IMG/VR virus record: IMGVR_UViG_3300045988_154892
DNA from: a virus
Length of the DNA stretch: 64,000 bases
Reading direction: 5' to 3' (one strand)
In this document: positions 1-8,627 of the stretch, piece after piece
Layout of the letters: every line of letters begins with the position of its first letter
Position numbering within the stretch: the first letter of the stretch is position 1
The notes under the pieces: model-generated
Databases searched by the model: none
What the model was told of the DNA's origin: nothing
Seen by the model: the letters and a program-made list of their open reading frames with translations, nothing else
Position numbers and translations under genes: made by a program

Positions 1-67
1 TTTATTTAGCCATAAGAAACGATGATTTCAGAAACGAAAACGGAAAGAGAAAAGAGAGGAAACAATT

Positions 68-292
68 ATGGAAGATAATGTTGTCTGCGTGATTGCAACA
101 GAAAAGCATACTGGATTTATAAAAACATGTACAAGCTGTGATAGAGAGAATGCAAATCATTATACCAAATATTATAGAAGTATAGGTTATAATTCTCGAA
201 CTGTAACTTATGAAGAGCTTGAACAGATCCACGAAAAAGAGAAACAAGAAATTGATGATCGGAGGATACAAGAATGGTTGTTGGCGATTTAG
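68..292 (+). CDS. hypothetical small protein
   Basis: ORF with GAGAGG SD-like box ~8 nt before ATG; first member of co-directional array. Confidence 0.5.
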   Translation: MEDNVVCVIATEKHTGFIKTCTSCDRENANHYTKYYRSIGYNSRTVTYEELEQIHEKEKQEIDDRRIQEWLLAI

Positions 293-492
293 TTTATAAT
301 GATGATTTTGATTGTAATTGTAATTATGATATTTATGATTGCTCAGACGGAAAGCAATATGGTGATGGAGCAGAATTGATTTTTTGCACAAAAAGAGACG
401 GTTTTAATAAACCATTGGATCGTATTCTTGATATGAAAATAAAGTCTATCACAACACAAGATTCTACCATTGTAATAGAAGCAGCTAAATGA
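274..492 (+). CDS. hypothetical small protein
   Basis: ATG preceded by GGAGG; overlaps upstream ORF by 19 nt. Confidence 0.5.
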   Translation: MVVGDLVYNDDFDCNCNYDIYDCSDGKQYGDGAELIFCTKRDGFNKPLDRILDMKIKSITTQDSTIVIEAAK

Positions 493-547
493 AATGATTG
501 CAGAGATTTTTAATAAGGAGTAAATGGATATTCCTTCGGAAAGGTAA

Positions 548-745
548 ATGGTGAATAATATGAGAGCTTTTGGAACAGAAGAATATGGAAATAGTGATGG
601 ATTTAAAATTATTTGTAATAAATGTGGGAGAGAAGCACGAATTATTCCAACACATCATTATAAGGAGGTTGGAAAGCTTGAAAAGATAACCCTTGAATTT
701 AGATGTATTTGTGGAAACAAATACGGTGCAACTATTCATGATTAA
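548..745 (+). CDS. small zinc-ribbon-like protein
   Basis: Two Cys pairs (CNKC ... CICG); weak SD GAAAGG. Confidence 0.45.
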   Translation: MVNNMRAFGTEEYGNSDGFKIICNKCGREARIIPTHHYKEVGKLEKITLEFRCICGNKYGATIHD

Positions 746-777
746 AATCGCATTTCAAATATAGAAAGGAAACAAAT

Positions 778-1005
778 ATGACAGAAAAGATATATTATGT
801 GATTCAAGATAAAAAAGGAGAATTCTTTACACCAGATAATTTATCTGGTGGATATCCGTATTTTACTGATGATTTTGAATTTTGTGAGAGATATAATTCT
901 GAAGACTCTGCCAATAACTTTTTAAATAGTAAATACGTGACAGAACAATTTACAAAAGAATTTATTGGAGCTCGAGTAAGAAAAGTAGAAATAAGATTAG
1001 TATGA
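778..1005 (+). CDS. hypothetical protein
   Basis: ORF behind AAAGGA SD-like box. Confidence 0.5.
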   Translation: MTEKIYYVIQDKKGEFFTPDNLSGGYPYFTDDFEFCERYNSEDSANNFLNSKYVTEQFTKEFIGARVRKVEIRLV

Positions 1006-1025
1006 AACGTAGAGAGGAAATAATT

Positions 1026-1298
1026 ATGGGTAGATATAAGAACTGGAAATGTTATTCATACAGATTTACCAATAAGAAAAGAGATTATAGCTATGAAGAA
1101 TTAAAACCATATTTCTATATTGATGGTAGCGAAGTTATTTATTGTAAAAAAGATTTTGGAGAATGTAAAGCTGGGAATTATTATTTAGTTTTCGATGGAA
1201 AGTGGTATGGTGGATGGAAAGAAAAAGAAAGCGGATTTATCGTTAATGATTGGACACCATTCAAGGATTGGTTAGATAAAGAATATATGAAGGAGTAA
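1026..1298 (+). CDS. hypothetical protein
   Basis: Start moved from 1002, whose ATG lies inside an ATGAAACG junction motif, to ATG 1026 behind GAGAGGA. Confidence 0.5.
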   Translation: MGRYKNWKCYSYRFTNKKRDYSYEELKPYFYIDGSEVIYCKKDFGECKAGNYYLVFDGKWYGGWKEKESGFIVNDWTPFKDWLDKEYMKE

Positions 1299-1303
1299 AA
1301 ACA

Positions 1304-1447
1304 ATGTCTAAAGGCAAACCGAGATGGAAAGATCTTCCTTTTTATGAAAGATTTGCAAAACAGTTAAAGCAGCATGGAGTATCAGAAGAAATGTGTGAAC
1401 ACATTAGGGAAAGAGGAAGAGAAAAGGAAAACAAAGACAACAAATGA
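1304..1447 (+). CDS. hypothetical basic 47-aa protein
   Basis: ATG 8 nt after AAGGAG; its TGA stop is the first half of the junction motif. Confidence 0.45.
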   Translation: MSKGKPRWKDLPFYERFAKQLKQHGVSEEMCEHIRERGREKENKDNK

Positions 1448-1460
1448 AACGTAGATTTCA
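1445..1460 (+). repeat. junction motif TGAAA-N6-TTTCA
   Basis: TGAAACGTAGATTTCA; AGGAG 6 nt downstream. Confidence 0.7.
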
Positions 1461-1478
1461 AAATTAGGAGTGATAGAA

Positions 1479-1817
1479 ATGAAATATATAGAAACCGAAA
1501 ATCTCCTTTATGAAATAGATTGGGGAAATGGAAGAAAATTCAAATGCAATTCATATTGGAATGATGATACTTCTTTTGCATTGGACATTGGTGATGGAGA
1601 GTTGATTGATAAAGATGGAAATTCATATTTTATCCACTGTGAATACAATTGTGATAATGGAATATGGTATTATATTTTTGAAATATGGTTTGAAAATGAT
1701 AGTTGTAATATTTATGACATTCCGGAGACTAACAGAAGCGAATATCTTTCGGAAACAGAAATTGAAGATCTACGAGGAATTATTTATAACTTATGCAAGG
1801 ATAAAATAAATCTATGA
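1479..1817 (+). CDS. hypothetical protein
   Basis: ATG 8 nt after AGGAG; leader nearly identical to that of 2076. Confidence 0.55.
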   Translation: MKYIETENLLYEIDWGNGRKFKCNSYWNDDTSFALDIGDGELIDKDGNSYFIHCEYNCDNGIWYYIFEIWFENDSCNIYDIPETNRSEYLSETEIEDLRGIIYNLCKDKINL

Positions 1818-1844
1818 AAACAAATTTATGTGGAGGAAAGCAAT

Positions 1845-2039
1845 ATGAAAGTATTTTATTTAGCACAAGAGAATTTCGGATGTGTTGTCTATGCAGATAA
1901 TGAAAACGATGCATTTGAAAAAATGAAATGTCAAAGAAAAGAATTATTAGAAACTTTAGGATTGCCATTAGATATTACACGATGGGGAATTGAGGAATTT
2001 GCACCGGACTTATATGATGGTGTCTTATGTTTTTATTAG
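1845..2039 (+). CDS. hypothetical protein
   Basis: ATG behind GTGGAGG. Confidence 0.5.
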   Translation: MKVFYLAQENFGCVVYADNENDAFEKMKCQRKELLETLGLPLDITRWGIEEFAPDLYDGVLCFY

Positions 2040-2075
2040 AATGAAATAGAAAATTCAAAATTAGGAGTGATGATA

Positions 2076-2381
2076 ATGAAAAGAGAAACGGCAGAAAAAA
2101 TTGTAAAAAATTTTTTTAATCAGATGAACCCTGAAATGTGGAGCGGAAATGGAAATAGACCAATATCATTTGATGACAGAGCTTGGCAATATCCATTAAC
2201 AAACGAAGTGAATCTTGAGATTACATTTGTTAATAACGAAGAAGATGGATGGTGTCATTATTGTGATTTAGTATACGCATCTGACAATGTTTCGTTCGAT
2301 ATGTTAAGCGGGTATGGAATTGATTCCGTACAGAATATTATTGATACAGTGTTGGATTTATGCAGAGATTATGAGTTGTAA
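2076..2381 (+). CDS. hypothetical protein
   Basis: ATG 8 nt after AGGAG; degenerate junction motif at 2042-2057. Confidence 0.55.
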   Translation: MKRETAEKIVKNFFNQMNPEMWSGNGNRPISFDDRAWQYPLTNEVNLEITFVNNEEDGWCHYCDLVYASDNVSFDMLSGYGIDSVQNIIDTVLDLCRDYEL

Positions 2382-2410
2382 TGAAACGGAAAGTATCAGG
2401 AGGAAAACAT

Positions 2411-2563
2411 TTGAATAAGGAAGAAAGTTTGGCTTTTTTACAAAATTGTATAGAGAAAGCAAAAAGAGCAACAGCACAGGATATTCAATTCTATAAAGAA
2501 GTTTATGACAGAGAATATGCTTATAAAGAGAAAGGTTTTGAGAACAAAGGAGATAAAAAATGA
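2411..2563 (+). CDS. hypothetical protein (start uncertain, 2381 or 2411)
   Basis: TTG 8 nt after CAGGAGG; the ATG at 2381 lies in an ATGAAACG motif upstream of the SD. Confidence 0.4.
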   Translation: MNKEESLAFLQNCIEKAKRATAQDIQFYKEVYDREYAYKEKGFENKGDKK

Positions 2564-2712
2564 GAGGAATTACATGTGCATTAATTAGTTTGACATGTTG
2601 GTATATGGGAAGTCATATGTCAAGAGTTAACTTGACAATTAAAGGAGCTTTAGCGATTACAGCATTTGGTATGTTGCTGTGTGCGATTGTATTTATGGCG
2701 TTTGGAATATAA
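2560..2712 (+). CDS. small hydrophobic (membrane) protein, 50 aa
   Basis: ATGA overlap with upstream stop; AAAGGAGA SD; two hydrophobic stretches. Confidence 0.4.
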   Translation: MRGITCALISLTCWYMGSHMSRVNLTIKGALAITAFGMLLCAIVFMAFGI

Positions 2713-2713
2713 T

Positions 2714-2729
2714 TGAAACGGAAATTTCA
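2714..2729 (+). repeat. junction motif TGAAA-N6-TTTCA (orphan copy)
   Basis: TGAAACGGAAATTTCA followed by AGAGAGAATAAATATT but no start at SD distance. Confidence 0.6.
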
Positions 2730-2806
2730 TTAAAAAAAGAGAGAATAAATATTTAACGGAACGATTTTCTTTATTGATTGTTGACATGAATTGGAGGTTG
2801 ACTACT

Positions 2807-3013
2807 ATGAATGAACTTGATAAATTATTAGTAGAAGTCGATAAAATTGAAGACGATGATAAGTGGTTAGAAGCAGAGCATGATACAGTCCAACAATATT
2901 GTGAAGATAAAAATTATGAAATGACAGAAGACGAAATGGAAACCATTCGATCGAGAGGATTGGAAGAGTCTTTTGAAAGTTGGATAGAATTTAAAGAAAT
3001 GATGGAGGAATGA
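2807..3013 (+). CDS. hypothetical acidic protein
   Basis: ATG behind TTGGAGG. Confidence 0.5.
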   Translation: MNELDKLLVEVDKIEDDDKWLEAEHDTVQQYCEDKNYEMTEDEMETIRSRGLEESFESWIEFKEMMEE

Positions 3014-3015
3014 TT

Positions 3016-3183
3016 ATGAAGAAGTATAGTGTGACATTTACAACATATGAAGAATATGAAGTAGAGGCAGAAAATGAAACTGAAGCACTTAGAATAGCGG
3101 AAGAAAAATTGGAATCTGATAGATGTATTCCAATAGCAGATACTCATTATGATGAAAGTGATGTTGAAGAAATTGAGGAGTAA
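3016..3183 (+). CDS. hypothetical acidic 55-aa protein
   Basis: ATG behind GGAGGAATGATT; below the ORF-track size cutoff. Confidence 0.4.
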   Translation: MKKYSVTFTTYEEYEVEAENETEALRIAEEKLESDRCIPIADTHYDESDVEEIEE

Positions 3184-3186
3184 AAT

Positions 3187-3348
3187 ATGGAAGGATATAT
3201 CTTAGATGAATGCAGAAAACATATTCTAAAATTTCATAATATGTCTGATACAGAGATTTATAATTGGATGTGTGATAATTATAAAGGATGTAGAGATTAT
3301 GAAATGATACGGAGATGCAGTTTCGTAATATTTAAGGAAAGCAGGTGA
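3187..3348 (+). CDS. hypothetical 53-aa protein
   Basis: ORF directly after the upstream stop; followed by a terminator. Confidence 0.4.
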   Translation: MEGYILDECRKHILKFHNMSDTEIYNWMCDNYKGCRDYEMIRRCSFVIFKESR

Positions 3349-3370
3349 CGAAAAAGTTATCTGCTTTTTT
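3339..3370 (+). terminator. rho-independent terminator candidate
   Basis: AAGCAG / CTGCTT stem, 16-nt loop, T6 tail. Confidence 0.5.
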
Positions 3371-3441
3371 AGTACAACAAGACAGAGAATAATAAGATAG
3401 GGTTTGATAAACTAATCAATTAAAAGATTGGAGGAATTGAA

Positions 3442-3645
3442 ATGTTTACAGAAGAATATTTTTCAAAATGGTTTGATATTATTTCAGAACATGATGCAAG
3501 AACATTATGGAATGATAGAGATAGAAGTTTTCTCGTATTGAACATAGAAGATGGCACAGATAGATATGCAGATTGCTTTGAAAATTTTGAAGAAATAAAG
3601 AGAAGTTTTCCTGATGCTTTATTTGGATTGGACAAAGCAAAATAG
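3442..3645 (+). CDS. hypothetical protein
   Basis: ATG behind TTGGAGG. Confidence 0.5.
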   Translation: MFTEEYFSKWFDIISEHDARTLWNDRDRSFLVLNIEDGTDRYADCFENFEEIKRSFPDALFGLDKAK

Positions 3646-3683
3646 CAATGGAAATTTCATATTTAGAATTGGAGGATGATTTT

Positions 3684-4151
3684 ATGATTAAATTTATAGA
3701 AAAAGAAAGATATTATGATGATAGTCCATATACAGGAAGTTGCTATTATTACCCTACATATATGGTAAAAGATGGAGAAGAATTCTTTGTATTCAATCGA
3801 AGAGAGCCTGACGATGAATGGAAGATAAAAGAGGACAAAATAAGAAAGAATCAGTTGATAGAAAACGAAGGGAAATATTTTAAGTTTAACGGATTTTATA
3901 ATAATCCACTAGAAATGTTGAAGGAGATTATTGAAAGAAAACATCATTTTACAACACCAAAGGACATGTACTATGGTAATTTAGATATACATAGATATAT
4001 AGATTTCCATGGTAATAGAAATGAAGTTAGTGCAGCTTTCCATTATAGAATTTATGATATAGAGTTAGCATGTATAATTCAAAAAGTTGTCAAGCTAATC
4101 AATAGTGAAGATTGGAACATGGCAAAAGCAATATTGAATAAAAAACAATGA
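3684..4151 (+). CDS. hypothetical protein
   Basis: ATG behind TTGGAGG; start moved from 3648. Confidence 0.55.
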   Translation: MIKFIEKERYYDDSPYTGSCYYYPTYMVKDGEEFFVFNRREPDDEWKIKEDKIRKNQLIENEGKYFKFNGFYNNPLEMLKEIIERKHHFTTPKDMYYGNLDIHRYIDFHGNRNEVSAAFHYRIYDIELACIIQKVVKLINSEDWNMAKAILNKKQ

Positions 4152-4164
4152 AAAGCACATTTCA
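4149..4164 (+). repeat. junction motif TGAAA-N6-TTTCA (orphan copy)
   Basis: TGAAAAGCACATTTCA plus AAGGAGG 4164-4170; nearest ATG is 14 nt further on. Confidence 0.6.
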
Positions 4165-4185
4165 AGGAGGTTCTATTTTATCCAA

Positions 4186-4227
4186 TGCGTCGTAAAACCC
4201 CTTGCTTCAGCTATGGGGAGTGTCAAC
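4186..4227 (+). repeat. IS200/IS605-end-like hairpin remnant
   Basis: Inverted repeat around GCTTCAG followed by AGTG; aligns with 40611-40650, just upstream of tnpB at 40706. Confidence 0.45.
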
Positions 4228-4289
4228 CGATTGAGTATGATGAGAATGATGAACCTACTAATTTATAAAATATTGCAAGAATAAAATCA

Positions 4290-4318
4290 TTGACAAATGG
4301 ATATACTTTGTATATACT
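4290..4318 (+). promoter_or_regulatory. sigma-70-type promoter of mazEF with GTATATAC operators
   Basis: TTGACA, 17 nt, TATACT; palindrome GTATATAC at 4310-4317 and 4339-4346. Confidence 0.6.
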
Positions 4319-4366
4319 ATTATTAAGGTATATCCGTTGTATATACTTGACAAGGAGGTTGAGGGA

Positions 4367-4666
4367 ATGGCAATCGCAAACAGAAAGGAAAGCATATTCA
4401 TTTCACAAACAGCCATAAAAAAATGGGGGAATAGCCAAGGTATTCGCTTATCAAAAGAAATTATTAGTAGTGCGGGATTAAAAGAAAACGATAGTGTAGA
4501 AATTAGCGTAAACAATGGCGTTATTACCATCAAAAAGGTAAAACCCAAATATTTAACTTTGAAAGAAAGGCTTGAAGCATTTTACAACAAACCGATTGAT
4601 GATATTTATGTAGAAAGCAGTCAAGAGGTTGATGTAGGTACTCATGTAGGGGACGAGGTTTGGTAA
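4367..4666 (+). CDS. mazE: MazE-type antitoxin (AbrB/SpoVT fold)
   Basis: KKWGNSQGIRLSKEI motif; C-terminus ends EVW as in E. coli MazE (from memory); overlaps the toxin gene. Confidence 0.85.
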   Translation: MAIANRKESIFISQTAIKKWGNSQGIRLSKEIISSAGLKENDSVEISVNNGVITIKKVKPKYLTLKERLEAFYNKPIDDIYVESSQEVDVGTHVGDEVW

Positions 4667-4986
4667 ATTATACTCAAGGTGATATTATTACAATGGATTT
4701 CAATCCGCAGCAAGGACATGAACAGTCAGGAAGAAGACCAGCGCTTGTAATAAGCAATGATATTTTAAATTATCATAGTTCCATGGCAATGGTGTGTCCA
4801 ATCACAAATACAAATAAACATCATCCGTTTCATATCGAGCTGGACGACAGAACGCAGACAACGGGCGTGATATTATGCGACCAGGCAAAAATGCTTGATA
4901 TTGGAGCACGTAATGGAAAATTCAAAGAAAAATGCCCAGAAGACATATGGAAAGAAGCCAGAGATTTAGTAACAAGCTTTATGTAA
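4660..4986 (+). CDS. mazF: MazF/PemK-family endoribonuclease toxin
   Basis: GDIITMDFNPQQGHEQSGRRPALVIS matches the MazF N-terminal signature; TTG start overlaps the mazE stop. Confidence 0.85.
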   Translation: MVNYTQGDIITMDFNPQQGHEQSGRRPALVISNDILNYHSSMAMVCPITNTNKHHPFHIELDDRTQTTGVILCDQAKMLDIGARNGKFKEKCPEDIWKEARDLVTSFM

Positions 4987-5010
4987 AAATGTAAATGAAT
5001 ATGCGAAACG

Positions 5011-5046
5011 AAGGAATCATACAGAATAGTGTATGGTTCCTTTTTT
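5011..5046 (+). terminator. rho-independent terminator
   Basis: 12-bp stem AAGGAATCATAC / GTATGGTTCCTT (one G-U pair), 8-nt loop, T6. Confidence 0.8.
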
Positions 5047-5065
5047 GTTGGATAATAATAAAAAA

Positions 5066-5081
5066 TGAAACAGAGATTTCA
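5066..5081 (+). repeat. junction motif TGAAA-N6-TTTCA
   Basis: TGAAACAGAGATTTCA; GGGAG 4 nt downstream. Confidence 0.7.
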
Positions 5082-5098
5082 GAAGGGAGAATCAAAAT

Positions 5099-5386
5099 AT
5101 GAAAACAAATGAAAGAAAATATCTGGAGATCAGCACAGCACATTTAAAACAGAAAACACTTGAAGGACTCAATGCCATGGAACCACCATATACTTATGAA
5201 TATGAAGAAGGTATTTTTATGAGTGTACCAGCTCAAAAAGAAACTAATATCAGTGATATGCCAAAAGATTTACGGATCTTACTTCAGTATGCATGGATAA
5301 ATGGAATTGACTTGATCCGAATGGATAGAGACGCAGATGTTATTGATGACATTCCGGTGTATGACTGGGAAAAAAGAAGCGAATGA
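5099..5386 (+). CDS. hypothetical protein (coding signal may continue in +1 frame to about 5670)
   Basis: ATG behind GGGAGA; see frame-break finding. Confidence 0.5.
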   Translation: MKTNERKYLEISTAHLKQKTLEGLNAMEPPYTYEYEEGIFMSVPAQKETNISDMPKDLRILLQYAWINGIDLIRMDRDADVIDDIPVYDWEKRSE

Positions 5387-5647
5387 CGAAAAATTAGCAG
5401 GGAGAATTTATTCATGTTTATCAAATGAATATGATGATGAAGAATATAAAGATAAAACACTTCAAGGTCTTATATGTGCGTTTGAATATAATGATATGAA
5501 AAATTGAAATTGATATTGAACTTACTATGTGGACGGATCGAAGATATGGAGAACGTATATATAAAACAAAGACAATACATAAAAACGGAGATTTAAATAG
5601 TATTATAACACAGATAAAACCAAATATGAAAAAGTGGAGGTTATTAT

Positions 5648-6043
5648 ATGCTATATACAAAAAGCGAAATTAAAGAGCAAGTATACGAGGATTATATACA
5701 AGGAACATTAGAACTAGATGCATATTATTTTGATTTTGATGTTTGTGGTAAGAAAGGCATGTTACTTAAAGCATATGCCGATATTCAAAATACAATTAAC
5801 AGTGATGAAGTTGTATTGTTACATAATGTGTCTTACAAAGAGAAAGGCGGTTATGTTGAGGTAACTGGAGATGTGGATAATCATGATTTTGATGAAATTT
5901 ATAATGAGATGTATGAAGGTAATTATAAAGATTTTCTAGAAAGCTACAATGGAAAAGAAAAAGAAACAGGATTATATAGATTACTTGATTCATCATATAA
6001 AAATGGAAAAATTACTGGAACAAAATTGCACTTTATATTATAG
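5648..6043 (+). CDS. hypothetical protein
   Basis: ATG behind GTGGAGG. Confidence 0.55.
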   Translation: MLYTKSEIKEQVYEDYIQGTLELDAYYFDFDVCGKKGMLLKAYADIQNTINSDEVVLLHNVSYKEKGGYVEVTGDVDNHDFDEIYNEMYEGNYKDFLESYNGKEKETGLYRLLDSSYKNGKITGTKLHFIL

Positions 6044-6072
6044 AATTATTTTTATAACGGAGGACTAAATGT

Positions 6073-6306
6073 ATGTATACATATCAATTTTGTTATGATG
6101 AAAATGTAGATGGCTATGGGTCGATTCAGTTTTGTGCAACAAGTGAAAATGAAGCACGAAAACTATTCACAGAATGGAAACATGATAATAAATATAACAT
6201 TCCAAAATGTGATGTAAGCATTATCTACAATAAAGAAGATCAAGAAGAATATGGCGATGATTATATTGACCCAAGAAACGGAGATAAAAAATTATGGCAA
6301 ATTTAA
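6073..6306 (+). CDS. hypothetical protein
   Basis: ATG behind ACGGAGG. Confidence 0.5.
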   Translation: MYTYQFCYDENVDGYGSIQFCATSENEARKLFTEWKHDNKYNIPKCDVSIIYNKEDQEEYGDDYIDPRNGDKKLWQI

Positions 6307-6506
6307 CACATTTATTCAAGGTAAAACAAAAAGTTAAGTATCATGATCCAGACACAGGTAAATGGCATAATGGAGAAATAAAAGAAACACACTCAGATCA
6401 TGTAATTGTAGATATTCCGGATATTTCAGATCATTGCTGGTTCGAGGAAGATTTGAATTTGAATATCTTTATCCAGAATATAATTTTGATGTGTAGAAAC
6501 AGATAA
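6294..6506 (+). CDS. hypothetical protein
   Basis: ATG behind CGGAGA; overlaps the upstream gene; followed by a terminator. Confidence 0.45.
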   Translation: MANLTHLFKVKQKVKYHDPDTGKWHNGEIKETHSDHVIVDIPDISDHCWFEEDLNLNIFIQNIILMCRNR

Positions 6507-6526
6507 CTATATGTTGTCTGTTTTTT
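6498..6526 (+). terminator. rho-independent terminator candidate
   Basis: AACAGA / TCTGTT stem, T6 tail. Confidence 0.5.
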
Positions 6527-6550
6527 AATTGCAGAAAAGGAGAATAGATT

Positions 6551-6769
6551 ATGAGACAGTCAGATTATACAAAACATAGAGCGTTATCACGACATGAAAG
6601 TTATGTAAAACAAAAAGTAAAGTGGAGAGATAAAGCAATTGAATGGCAAGCAGATATGTACAATCAGAATTATTCGCTCGAAGAATTATCTAATTGGAAC
6701 GATTTCTTTGAAAAGAAAGGACGGATGTATGGGTTACTTGTAGAATTTAGAGAAAACGGAATTTGTTAA
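6551..6769 (+). CDS. hypothetical protein
   Basis: ATG behind AAAGGAGAATA. Confidence 0.5.
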   Translation: MRQSDYTKHRALSRHESYVKQKVKWRDKAIEWQADMYNQNYSLEELSNWNDFFEKKGRMYGLLVEFRENGIC

Positions 6770-6815
6770 ACATAAATTATATTCTTATCAAAGAACGTGA
6801 AAGGATGAAGATAAA

Positions 6816-7244
6816 ATGACATTTGAAGAAGCAAAACAGAGAAATGATTACAAATACATATTGAACGGAATTGAAAATTGTATTGAAAAGATAAGAAATA
6901 ATTGGATGGATAATATGTATGAAAATGGAGATCCACAGAGAGGTATTGCCGTACTGATAATTGGATATGTTGATGTTGAAGTGAATTTATTCACAGAGGA
7001 ACAGATTTCCCGTTACGATGATCAAATAGGAAATAAGACACCAGTTATTGATTATTTCGTTTGTATAAAATACGGAGAGAACGATGATGAATGGGAATCG
7101 GATAATTACTTAGACTATCAATTACAAGTAAACTGGAATGCAGATAATTGGACAGAACAACTTGAAAAAGATATGTTTACTGCGCTTGATGAGTATGTAA
7201 ACAAAAAGGGATATAGTTATGATCGCGTAAATGTGATCAAATAA
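6816..7244 (+). CDS. hypothetical protein
   Basis: ATG behind GAAAGGA. Confidence 0.55.
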   Translation: MTFEEAKQRNDYKYILNGIENCIEKIRNNWMDNMYENGDPQRGIAVLIIGYVDVEVNLFTEEQISRYDDQIGNKTPVIDYFVCIKYGENDDEWESDNYLDYQLQVNWNADNWTEQLEKDMFTALDEYVNKKGYSYDRVNVIK

Positions 7245-7270
7245 AAGTCGAATTTGATTGGAGGTGTCAA

Positions 7271-7840
7271 ATGTCATACATATTATGTAACGGAAATAAT
7301 TATTTTGCACAAACGCATGAAAAGGGAATGTATATTGCACATTCGGTTGATGAAGCATTAAAATGGAGAGATATAGGCAAAGCAAATAATACTCTTAAAA
7401 CTTTGCCGAAACAGTTTCATAAGTATCATTTGGAAGCGAAATTTGTCTACAAGAATGATAATGTATTAGAAAAGATGAACGATAATACGAATTATGATTT
7501 CTACGAGAATCTGACAAATATATTAGATTTTATTAAAAGACTTGAAGAACGGAAACAGTATCTTATCGAAGAAATTAAAAAAGTCGAATTAGAAATCGTT
7601 GATATTGAACATGCAGCGGAATTTTATAACTTAAATGCTTCACAGGGATATAAAATTTATAAGATGCTTCATGAAACCAGAAATAAACGGCGGATATTAA
7701 AAGATGAAGAAATGAGAATTAATATGACCCTTGGAACGAAATTAAGAAAAGACAGTCTTGATGATTTACTGAGTCGTATCAACGGAATGGATAACAGAAA
7801 ATATTCGCCTAGAGTAAATGCAGAACTATTTAATGTATAA
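7271..7840 (+). CDS. hypothetical protein, apparent paralog of 20828-21511
   Basis: ATG behind TTGGAGG; both proteins share an N-terminal x-I-x-NG segment and a C-terminal D-I-x-H-A ... basic helix region. Confidence 0.55.
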   Translation: MSYILCNGNNYFAQTHEKGMYIAHSVDEALKWRDIGKANNTLKTLPKQFHKYHLEAKFVYKNDNVLEKMNDNTNYDFYENLTNILDFIKRLEERKQYLIEEIKKVELEIVDIEHAAEFYNLNASQGYKIYKMLHETRNKRRILKDEEMRINMTLGTKLRKDSLDDLLSRINGMDNRKYSPRVNAELFNV

Positions 7841-7856
7841 AATGGAGGAACTATAA

Positions 7857-8159
7857 ATGGATGAAAAACAAAAGATATTAAAATACATTTTAACGCATTT
7901 AGGTGATAATTTTTGCGGATCTGGTATTGATTCTTATGGACGAGCATATGCATTCACAGATAGTGAAATTGCAGCCAATAGTTTAGAAGAAACTTTATAT
8001 AATATGGGGTATGAAACCAGCAAATCATCAAAAGAAAATTTAGAATCTGATTATGTAATCCAAGAAGGCATTCAAAATGGAGGATGGTGTAAAAGGTTTG
8101 TCCAACGATGTGCCGAAAAATATTCATCAAATGGAGGTAAAAAATATGAGAACAGATAA
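7857..8159 (+). CDS. hypothetical protein
   Basis: ATG behind ATGGAGG. Confidence 0.5.
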   Translation: MDEKQKILKYILTHLGDNFCGSGIDSYGRAYAFTDSEIAANSLEETLYNMGYETSKSSKENLESDYVIQEGIQNGGWCKRFVQRCAEKYSSNGGKKYENR

Positions 8160-8625
8160 AAAGTACATGATGATTGTAACAGAAGAAGATGATAGATACG
8201 ATGCAGAAGATGGTTATGATTGTGATTTTTATGCAGATCATCCATGGGAAGGGAATTTAATTGATATTGTATATGGCAACAACATTGATGAGTTGCGGGG
8301 CAATGGCGAAAATGAAGGAATGTTTTATATGTTATATTTAGCTGAAAACGGAGAGAGAATTGGTTATGGATGTGTTGATTTTGACACTATTGAAGAAACG
8401 ATTTCGAGATATGAACTAGAAAAATGTAAAGATATGAACACTACATGGACAAAAGATGATATTATAAATGCATTGGTCGAAGATGGTATAGAACCAACCA
8501 ATGCAAATATTGTAAAAGTTATTACAGCGGAGTTTGTTCAAAATTTCAAGGATAGAATTATTGAGCTTGGAAATGAGATGATTTCGTGGCAGGTCAGTGA
8601 TGTTTTTAAAAAGAAGGGAGAATAA
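8146..8625 (+). CDS. hypothetical acidic protein
   Basis: ATG behind ATGGAGG; start moved from 8077. Confidence 0.55.
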   Translation: MRTDKKYMMIVTEEDDRYDAEDGYDCDFYADHPWEGNLIDIVYGNNIDELRGNGENEGMFYMLYLAENGERIGYGCVDFDTIEETISRYELEKCKDMNTTWTKDDIINALVEDGIEPTNANIVKVITAEFVQNFKDRIIELGNEMISWQVSDVFKKKGE

Positions 8626-8627
8626 TT

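Noticed and set aside
1002-1025. ORF-track starts at the ATG of aTGAAA junction motifs (1002, 2381, 18742, 39372)
   Set aside because: These ATGs lie upstream of the SD box. A second start at proper SD spacing exists in each case.
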